DNA from: Heterodontus francisci
Taxonomy: Eukaryota
Direction of reading: 5' to 3'
DNA length: 64,000 nucleotides
NCBI RefSeq assembly: GCF_036365525.1
Contig: NC_090378.1
Span: 122,869,593 to 122,933,592, forward strand
In this document: positions 1 through 8,952 of the stretch, in pieces
Numbering within the stretch: the stretch's first letter is position 1
Layout of the letters: the number at the start of each line of letters is the position of its first letter
Notes under the pieces: generated by a model
Told to the model about the DNA's origin: nothing
Seen by the model: only the letters and a program-made list of their open reading frames with translations
The model's database searches: none
Program-made: the position numbers and the translations under genes

Positions 1-255
1 TGTCTTTCAGATGAGACAAACTGACGTCTGCCCTCTCAGGTGAATGTAAAGGATCCCACTGCACTATTAGAAGAGCAGGGGAGTTCTCCTCGGTGTTCTG
101 GACAATGTTTATCACTCAACCAACAGCACTGAAAATCAGATTATCTGCTCATTATCACTCAGCTGTCTGGGATCTTGCTGTGCACAATTGGCCGTAAAAC
201 ACTTTGGGACATCCTGAGGTAGTGACAGGCACTATAGAAATGCAAGTCTTTCTTT
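1..255 (+). mobile_element. DeuSINE-type SINE (SacSINE1/AmnSINE-like), 3' part; runs off the window start
   Basis: Deu-domain-like text (GATGAGAC...CTGCCCTCTCAGGTG..GTAAA.GATCCC...GCACTATT.GAAGAGCAGGGGAGTTCTCC) and the tail GGCACTATAGAAATGCAAGTCTTTCTTT. Recognised from memory of the family consensus, not from a database search. Confidence 0.7.
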
Positions 256-691
256 GAGTTTGGAGGCTCCTGATCCTGACCCTCGCGCACACTCTCACCT
301 TCCAGGGGTCATGGGATCATTTGGAGCAGTGACCCTGCCTGACCCCAGTACACTGAGACTGATTATAACCTCACCCTTGACCTCACCCCAGTGTTGGACA
401 AGAAGGTTTTAAATGAAATCGAAAACCTTCTGCACCGACACCCAACATGAATCCTTTCTGACATGTGTTGATACAAGTCTGCTCCAGTGTTCTCGGAGAA
501 AGTTCTCAGGATGTGTGTGTGATCTGAGATTTGTTAACACTGAGCCTGTTTCCTCCAGATAGACTGATCTACAGTTCGAGCTTCCTGTCAGGTTAACAGT
601 GTCTTAAAGGGACACTGAGTCTTTAAACACTCTTACTATTAACCATTTCAGTGCTGAATTGGTGATAAACCTTCATTAGAGACATTTATAC

Positions 692-3600
692 AGAGAAACA
701 TAGAAAGATTTACAATGCAGATGAGGCCATTCGGCCCATGGTTTCCATGCCAGCTGAAAATGAGTTAACAAACCTAATCCCACTTTCCAGCTCTTATTCC
801 CATATCCCTGTAGGTTTCGGCACCTCAAGTGCATATCCAAGTGTTTTTTCAATGTGATGAGAGTTTCTGCCTCTACCACCCTTTCAGGCAGTGAGTTCCA
901 GACCCCCAACACCCTCTGGGTGAAAATATTACTCCTCAATTCACCTCTCACCCTTCCACCAATTAATTTAAATCTATGCCGCTGGGTTATTGACCTCTCT
1001 GCTGCGGGAAGTAGGTCCTTCCTATCCACTCTATCTAGGCCCCTCATAATTTTATACACCTCAATTAAATCTCCCCTCAGTCTCCTCTGTTCCAGAGATA
1101 ACAATCCCAGCCGATCCTATCTTTCCTCATAGGTAAAATTCTCCATTCCTGGTAACATCCTCGTAAATCTCCTCTGTACCCCCTCTTGTTTGATCACATC
1201 CTTCCTGTAATGTGGTGACCAGAACTGTACACAGTTTTCTAGCTGTGGTCTAACTAGTGTTTTCTACAGTTCTGGCATAACCTCCTTACCCTTATACTCC
1301 AGGCCTCAGCGAATAAGGGCAAGCATCCCGTAAGCCTTCTTAACCACCTTATCTAGCTGTCCTGCGACCTTCAGGGATCTGTGGACATGAACTCCAAGGT
1401 CCCTCAGTTCCTCTACACTTCTCAGTATCATCCCATTTATTGGATATTCCTTTGCCTCGTTTGTCCTCCCCAAATGCATTACCTCACATTTCTCTGGACT
1501 GAATTCCATTTGCTATTTTTCTGCCCACCTGACCAGTCCATTGATATCTTCCTGCAGTCTACAGCTTTTTTCCTCATTATCAACCGCAAGGCCTATTTTT
1601 GTATCATCTACAAACTTCTTAATACCCCTTCCATTTAAATCTAAATCATTGAAAGATACTATAATCAGCAGTGGACCCAGTACTGAGCCCTGCAGAACCC
1701 CACTGAAAACAGCTTTCCACTCACAAAAACACCCGTTGACAATAAAACTTTGCTTCCTGTCACTGACTCAATTTTTGATCCAATTTCCCACTTTTCCTTG
1801 GATCCCATGGGCTTTTAATTTTCTGACCAGTCTGCCATGTGGGATCTTATCAAAGGCCTTGCTAAAATCCATGTAGACTATATCAAACATGACGCCCACT
1901 TTGACACTCCTTGTAACCTCCTCATGAAATGTAATCGTTAGTCAGACACAAACTTCCCTTAACAAATCCATGCTGACTGTCCTGAATTAATCCCGTGTTT
2001 CTCTAAATGATGGTTTTTACTGTCTCTCAGAACTTTTTCCAATAATTCTCCCACTGCCGAGGTTATGCTGACTGATCTGTAATTACTTGGTCCATCCATT
2101 CTTTCCTTTTTAAACAACAGTACAACATTAGCAGTCCTCCAGTCCTCAGGGACCATGCCTTTAACCAGAGAGAATTGGAAAATGAGGATCAGAGCCTCCG
2201 CTATTTCTCCCATTGCTTCCTTTGCAGCCTGGGATACATTTCACCTGGGCCTGGTGATTTATCCATTTTCAAGGATGTGAAACACCTTAATATTTCCTCC
2301 CTCACTAAGTTTATCCCATCCAAGATTTCACACTCCTCCTCCTTAACTACAATGTCTGCTTTGTCACTCTCTGTGAAAAAAGGCACAAAGTATTCATTCA
2401 GAAACATGTCCACATCCTCCGCCTCCACACACAGGTTAGGTTTTTGGACTCCAATTTACCCCGCTCTTTTCTTAGTGATTCTCCGGCTCTATATGTATTT
2501 ATTAAACATCTTTGGGTTTTCCTTGATTTTACTAGCTAATATTTTTTCATGTCCTCTCTTTGTTTCCCTAATTTCCTTTTCAATTTCACCCCTGAACTCT
2601 CTACACTTCTCCAGGTTTTCTGCAGTATCAAGATCTCAGTATCCAATATAAGTTTCCCTTTTGTACCTTATCCTACTGTGTATGCTCTTTGCCATCTGTG
2701 GTAAATGGAGATTTGGGAGTCTCACCCTTTTTCTTTTGTGGGAACATGTTTGTTCTGAGCCCTCACTATCTCCTCCTTGAATGCCTCCCACTGCTCTGAC
2801 ACTGATTTACCTTCAAGTAGCTGTTTCCAGTCTAATTCTGACAAATCACATCTCAGCTTAGTAAAATTGGCCTTTTCCCAGTTTAAAACATTTACTCTTG
2901 GTCCATCTTTATCCTTTTCTATAACTGCTCTAAATCTAACTGAATTATAATCACTGCCACTAAAACACTCTCACATTGATCCCCTTCCACCTGCCCAGAT
3001 TCATTCCTGAAAACTAAGTCCAGAACTGTATCTTCTCTTGTTGGTCTTTCTACTGATGAGAAAAGTTCTCCCGAATGTATTTTAGGAATTCTGCGCCCTC
3101 TGTACCTTTTATACTGAATTTATCCCAGTTAATATTTGGAAAGTTGAAATCCCCTCCTATTACTGGCCTGTTGTTTCTGCACTTTTCAGTAATTTGCCGA
3201 CACATTTTCTCTTCTCTCTCCCTCTGACTGTTTGAGGGTCTATAGCAGGAGTCTGGAACCTGCGGCTCCGGAGCCACATGTGACTCTTTAACAGCTCATT
3301 TACAGCTGCCAACCTTTTCCAGTTGGATCACATTAACATGAAAAAGGCCGAAAAAATTCAGTCAAGGAAAGTAAACTGTGTTTTTATTGTGGGGATAAAA
3401 GACTAATCATTATGTTGTACTTTATAGTTTCAAATGATTATTTAAATGAAAAGCATCATCATTGTCTAAATGAACTTGTTTGAGTGGTACAGCTTCCATT
3501 GGAGGAACAGCTTTTATGTTTGTGACCATTATTGTTTCTAATATCACTGAGATGATAAATTATTCTGCTATTAGAAACTTCTTTTTTATTACGAGAATCA

Positions 3601-4182
3601 ATAGCTGAAAAAATTGTCTTAATTCTGCACGTCTGAATTTAAATTTTTTTTTTAAATTTTGACTTTACTGACAAAATTATACAAAAACAAGTCAAAAAAA
3701 TGCAATAATTCAGAGTGAAACCTATTCTGATTTTGACTTTTTTTCTATTGATACATAAATTCAATACATGTATTTTATTTATTATATATACAAAGTGTGC
3801 ATTCTACCAGAGACACTTGGCAATTTAGAAGGTATTTGGTTTAGAAATGCTGAATTTTGGTCTTGACGCTGCCAGTAGTTTTTATTTTAGGTAATATTTT
3901 TGAAAACAGTCTCTTCAGGTAATAAAGGTTACCGACCCCTGGTCTATATATAGTGCAGCAATGTGATTGCCCCTTTTTTGTTCCTACGTTCATTCAAATG
4001 TCCTCATTCGATGATCCTGCTTGAATATCATCCCTCCTCACAGCTGCGATTTTTTCTTTTGACTAATATTGTGAAACCCTTCTCCTTTTTTCTCTCCCTC
4101 TCTATCCCGTTGGGAAACTCAGTATCAGGAATATTGAGCTGCCATTCCTGCCCTTCTTTCAGACTCATTTCAGTAATAACTG
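692..4182 (-). mobile_element. CR1 LINE, decayed ORF2 (endonuclease + RT), interrupted by a hAT MITE
   Basis: Minus-strand peptides SLEQRRLRGDLIEVYKIMRG, MEFSPEKCEVMHLGR, KSPGPGEMYPR, GGDFNFPNINW and ITE-type endonuclease motif; TTCTATGT-type tail near 694-706; many stops and frameshifts. Confidence 0.92.
3246..3941. mobile_element. Non-autonomous hAT (Charlie/SPIN-like) DNA transposon
   Basis: Left end CAGGAGTCTGGAACCT; right end reverse complement CAGGGGTCGGTAACCT; 8-bp flanks GTCTATAG (3238-3245) and GTCTATAT (3942-3949); CR1 sequence continues on both sides. Confidence 0.85.
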
Positions 4183-5034
4183 TCATCAAGGCAGCATTTG
4201 AGTCTGGAATCAAGAAGCCCGAGCAAAACTAGAGTCAGTGTGAATCAGGGGGAAATCTCTCGACTGTTTGGAGTCATACCTAGCACAAAGGAAGATAGCT
4301 GTGGTTGTTGGAGGTCAATCATCTCAGCTCCAGGACGTCACTGCAGGAGTTCCTCAGCATAGTGTCCTAGGCCCAACCATCTTCAGTTGCTTCATCAATG
4401 ACCTTCCCTCCACCATAAGGTCAGAAGAGCGGATGTTCGCTGATGATTGCACAACCTTCAGCACCATTCGCGAATCCACAGAAACGGAAACAGACTATCT
4501 AGAAATGCAGCAAAACCTGGACACTGTCCACGCTTGGGCTGATAAGTAACAAGTAACATTCGCGTCACACAAGTGAAAGGCAATGACTATCTCAAATAAG
4601 AAAGAATCTAACCATCTCCCCTTGACATTCAATGGCATTACGATCGCTGAATCCCCCACTATCAACATCCTGAGGGTTACCATTGACCAGAACCTGAACT
4701 GCAGTAGCCCTGTAAATACTGTGGCTACAAGAGCAGGTCAAAGGCTGGCCACCTAGGAGGAAAGGCCAGCAGTTGCATGGGAACACCACCACCTGCAAGT
4801 TCTCCTCCAAGCCACACACCATCCTGACTTGGAACTATATCGCCGTTCCTTCACTGTCACTGGGTCAAAATCCTGGAACTCCCTGCCTAACAGCACTGTG
4901 GGTGTACCTACCCCACATGGACTGCAGCAGTTCAAGAAGGCAGCTCACCACCACCTTCTCAAGGGCTATTAGTGATGGGCAATAAATGCTGGCCTGGCCA
5001 GCGACGCCCACATCCCATGAATGAATAAAAAAAA
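4183..5034 (+). mobile_element. Second CR1/L2-group LINE family, 5'-truncated, with an internal deletion near 4750
   Basis: RT motifs GVPQHSVLGPTIFSCFINDL and MFADDC; 3' end AATAAATGCTGGCCTGGCCAGCGACGCCCACATCCCATGAATGAATAAAAAAA. Same family as 15325-15677 and 22775-23909. Confidence 0.85.
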
Positions 5035-5228
5035 CTACCATATCATACTTCCAAGAGCAGTCGAACACAATTTAACCAGTTGAACATCAAACCATCCACT
5101 GTCTTTGTATTTTAGACTAAACCTAGCAAGCGAGGCAAATTAAGAAGTGATGGTGCTCATTTCTAACGATTCAACACCAGCCGTAGTTCATTAACTCAGC
5201 TGTCTGTTATCTGATGTGACAATTCCAA

Positions 5229-5460
5229 ACACAGAAACACCCACAGAAACATACACATAAATATACACATAGAACACACAAATATACACAGAGAATACAC
5301 AAATGTACAGACAGAACACACAAATAAATACATAAAACACACAAATATATACAGAGGACACACAAATATACCGACAAAAGACACAAATATATACATAAAA
5401 CACACAAATATATACAGAGAGCAAAAAATATACAAATAGAACACAGAAATACACAAACAT
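5229..5460. repeat. Degenerate 21-bp tandem repeat (ACACACAAATATACACAGAGA-like), about 11 copies
   Basis: Visible periodicity; the minus-strand ORF repeats a 7-aa unit VYICVF(Y/C/S). Confidence 0.85.
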
Positions 5461-5493
5461 GCAGTGATTAACAGTTTTTCTCTTCTCTTTCAG

Positions 5494-5822
5494 GCCGAGA
5501 GAAGTCTCAACCCACACTGACCCTGATGCCCCCCTCGCCGGAGGAGGTCAAGGCCAAGGGCACTGCCACCCTGGTGTGCCTTGCCGATCACTTCTATCCC
5601 GATGAAGTGGGGGTGGAGTGGAAGAAGGACGGTGCAGCCATTTCGGCCGGAGTTCAGACCAGCAATTACCTGCGAGCTTCGGACAGCACCTACAGTGTCA
5701 GCAGCCTGCTGACCCTCTCTGGCTCTGACTGGGAGTCCAACGCCCGCTTCTCCTGTGCCCTCACCCACGAGACCCTGTCCTCTCCCCTCAGTAAGAGTGT
5801 GAGCAGATCAGAATGTGTGTAG
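5494..5822 (+). CDS. IGKC: Immunoglobulin light-chain constant-region exon (C1-set domain), kappa / type III / NS4-like, cartilaginous fish
   Basis: Polypyrimidine tract plus CAG acceptor at 5475-5493, phase-1 exon. Reads xREKSQPTLTLMPPSPEEVKAKGTATLVCLADHFYPDEVGVEWKKDG...STYSVSSLLTLSGSDWESNARFSCALTHETLSSPLSKSVSRSECV*. It has ATLVC, FYP, the core W, YSxSSxLxL, FSCxxxH and the penultimate Cys that bonds the heavy chain. The kappa isotype call rests on recalled similarity to nurse-shark NS4 / horn-shark type III C regions. Confidence 0.93.
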
Positions 5823-5976
5823 AATGTTAGAGACAGTCCGCAGAGGAGACACAACTTTAAATATAACAGGGGTGAGCTGGGAGGATAAAGGTCATTGTCA
5901 GCACGGAATTTCAACTCTCTTCCTTCTCGTGACTGGGTCTGAGACACCTCTGAGGATCAGGGGTTAAGGCACTAAA

Positions 5977-6125
5977 TTGGGACAGTGTAGAGGGGGCTTT
6001 TCTCTGTATCTAACCCGTACTGTACCTGCCCTGGGAGTGTTTGATTGGACAGTGTAGAGGGAGCTTTACTCTGTATCTAACCCGTACTGTACCTGCCCTG
6101 GGAGTGTTTGATTGGACAATGTAGA
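5977..6125 (+). repeat. About 2.2 copies of a 67-bp shark tandem repeat in the predicted IgL 3' UTR
   Basis: GGACAGTGTAGAGGGAGCTTTACTCTGTATCTAACCCGTACTGTACCTGCCCTGGGAGTGTTTGATT; the GGAC anchor recurs at 5980, 6047 and 6114. Confidence 0.9.
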
Positions 6126-6319
6126 CTCGTGATGCCAAGTAAAACCTCTCTAAGATGCTGAAGACTGTCAGCTGAGCTAAAATAATGTGAACCTCAGAAG
6201 TCGCTGCTTCAGTAAACCAGACCTCCTTCCTGCTCACCCTGCAGTTACAATTTAAAGTTTAGTCTCTGTTTAAAGCGACAGGATTCTCATGTTATTGAGA
6301 AAATCTCCACAACTGTTTT

Positions 6320-6420
6320 AATAAACCTTCATTCTCCCTGTGAATTTCTCCAGCTTCCTCTCACTGAGCTGTTTATTCAAGTCTTTTTACTGTAAATGTA
6401 AATCTGTAAAAGGTAATAAA
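6320..6420 (+). terminator. Polyadenylation signals of the IgL gene (AATAAA at 6320-6325 and 6415-6420)
   Basis: First canonical AATAAA hexamers downstream of the stop codon at 5822. Confidence 0.65.
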
Positions 6421-6444
6421 CATTAAGAATATTCAGTAAATGTC

Positions 6445-6560
6445 TCGGGAGTACTTTGGAAATGTCCCACATTCCTGTCAGTTGATTGGCTGTATTTCAG
6501 CAAGTGATTCTAATGATTGGCTGGTTGAACTCTCAATCAATAGCACATTAGCATAAGATT
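6445..6560. promoter_or_regulatory. Candidate regulatory motif cluster (kB-like, 2x CCAAT, E-box, octamer-like)
   Basis: GGAAATGTCCC 6458-6468; TGATTGGCTG at 6483 and 6514; CAAGTG 6501-6506; ATTAGCAT 6547-6554. Motifs only. Confidence 0.4.
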
Positions 6561-6574
6561 TGATTACAAACATA

Positions 6575-7093
6575 AATACAAACATATGAATTAGGAACAG
6601 GAGTAGGCCACTCGGCCCCTCGAACCTCCTCCACCATTCAATAAGATCATGGCTGATCTGATTGTAATCTCAACACCACATTCCCTCCTACCCATGATAA
6701 CCTTTCACCCCCTTGCTTATCAAGAATCTATCCACCTCTGCCTTAAAAATATTTATAGACTCTGCTTCCATCGCCTTTTGAGAAAGAGAGTTCCAAAGAG
6801 TCACGACCCTTGGAAATAAAAGAATTCTCAACTCTGTATTAAATGGGTGACACCTTATTTTTAAATAGTGACCCCAAGTTCTAGTTTCTTCAACAAGAAG
6901 AAACAACCTTTCCACATCCACCCTGTCAAAACCCCTCAGGAATCTTATATGTCTCCATCAAGTCACCTCTTACTCTTCTAAACTCCAGTGGATATAAACC
7001 TAACCTGTCCAACCTTTCCTCAGAGGAAAACCTGCACATTCCAAGTATTAGTCTAATAAACCTTCTCTGAACTGATTCCAACACATTTACATC
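6575..7093 (-). mobile_element. CR1 LINE 3' fragment
   Basis: Minus-strand LESVQRRFIRLI...LDRLGLYPLEFRRVRGDLMETYKI and the CR1 3' UTR (GGCCGAGTGGCCTACTCCTGTTCCTAATTCATATG). Confidence 0.88.
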
Positions 7094-8522
7094 CTGTAGG
7101 TGTGTGTTTCGGAGTGTGTGTGGGTTACCCAATACTGTCTGTAGGTGTGTGTGTCTGCGTATGTGTGGGTTACCCTGTACTGTCTGTAGGTGTGTGTGTC
7201 TGAGTGTGTGTGGGTTACCCTGTACTGTCTGTAGGTGTGTGTGTCTGAGTATGTGTGGGTTACCCAGTACTGTATGTTGGTGTGTGTGTCTGAGTGTGTG
7301 TGGGTTACACAGTACTGTCTGTAGGTGTGTGTGTCTGTGTGTGTGTGGGTTACCCTGTACTGTCTGTCGGTGTGTGTGTCTGAGTGTGTGTGGGTTACAC
7401 AGTACTGTCTGTAGGTGTGTGTGTCTGTGTGTGTGTGGGTTACCCTGTACTGTCTGTAGGTGTGTGTGTCTGAGTGTGTGTGGGTTACCCAGTACTGTCT
7501 GTAGGTGTGTGTGTCTGAGTGTGTGTGGGTTACCCTGTATTGTCTGGAGGTGTGTGTGTCTGTGTGTGTGTGGGTTACCCTGTACTGTCTGTAGGTGTGT
7601 GTGTCTGAGTGTGTGTGGGTTACCCTGTACTGTCTGTAGGTGTGTGTGTCTGAGTGTGTGTGGGTTACCCTGTATTGTCTGGAGGTGTGTGTGTCTGAGT
7701 GTGTGTGGGTTACCCAGTACTGTATGTCAGTGTGTGTGTCTGAGTGTGTGTGGGTTACCCAGTACTGTCTGTAGGTATGTGTGTCTGAGTGTGTGTGGGT
7801 TACCCTGTACTGTCTGTAGGTGTGTGTATCTGAGTGTGTGTGGGTTACCCTGTACTGTCTGTAGATGTGTGTGTCTGAGTGTGTGTGGGTAACCCAGTAC
7901 TGTCTGTAGGTGTGTGTGTCTGAGTGTGTGTGGGTTACCCTATACTGTCTGTAAGTGTGCGTGTCTGAGTGTGTGTGGGTTACCCTGTCCTGTCTGTAGG
8001 TGTGTGTGTCTAAGTGTGTGTGGGTTACCCTGTCCTGTCTGTAGGTGTGTGTCTCTGAGTGTGTGTGGGTTACCCAGTACTGTCTGTAGGTGTGTGTGTC
8101 TGAGTGTGTGTGGGTTACCCAGTACTGTCTGTAGGTGTGTGTCTCTGAGTGTGTGTGGGTTACCCTGTCCTGTCTGTAGGTGTGTGTCTCTGAGTGTGTG
8201 TGGGTTACCCAGTACTGTCTGTAGGTGTGTGTGTCTGAGTGTGTGTGGGTTACCCTGTCCTGTCTGTAGGTGTGTGTCTCTGAGTGTGTGTGGGTTACCC
8301 AGTACTGTCTGTAGGTGTGTGTGTCTGTGTGTGTGTGGGTTACCCTGTACTGTCTGTAGGTGTGTGTGTCTGAGTGTGTGTGGGTTACCCTGTCCTGTCT
8401 GTAGGTGTGTGTGTCTGAGTGTGTGTGGGTTACCCTGCCCTGTCTGTAGGTGTGTGTCTCTGAGTGTGTGTGGGTTACCCAGTACTGTCTGTAGGTGTGT
8501 GATTCTGAGTGTGGGTGTGTTA
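7094..8522. repeat. 45-bp minisatellite, left sub-array (about 32 copies)
   Basis: Unit GTAGGTGTGTGTGTCTGAGTGTGTGTGGGTTACCC(T/A)GTACTGTCT; 15-aa periodicity in the ORF track. Confidence 0.97.
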
Positions 8523-8952
8523 TAGAATCATAGAGTTATACAGCACAGAACCAGGCCCTTCAGCCCATCGTGTCTTTGCCAACCATCAAGCACCGATTTA
8601 TTCTAATCACATTTTCTGGCACTTGGCCCGTAGCCTTGTATGCTGTGGCATTTCAAGTGCTCATCTAAATACATCTTAAATGTTGTGAGGGTTCCTGCCT
8701 CTACCAAGTCTTCAGGCAGTGCGTTCCAGATTCGCACCACCCTCTGGGTGAAAATTCTTTTCCTCTAAGCCTCCTGCCTCTTAGCTTCAATCTATGCACA
8801 CTGGTTATTGACCCCTCCACTAAGGCAAAAGGTTTCTTCCTATCTATCCTATCAATGCACCTCATAATTTTATATACCTCAATCAGGTCATCCATCAGCC
8901 TTCTCTGCTCTAAGGAAAAGAACCCTAGCCTATCCAGTCTCTCTTCATAGCT
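8523..8952 (-). mobile_element. CR1 3' fragment inserted in the 45-bp array
   Basis: SYEERLDRLGFFSLEQRRLMDDLIEVYKIMR on the minus strand; tail TATGATTCTA at the left edge. Confidence 0.9.
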
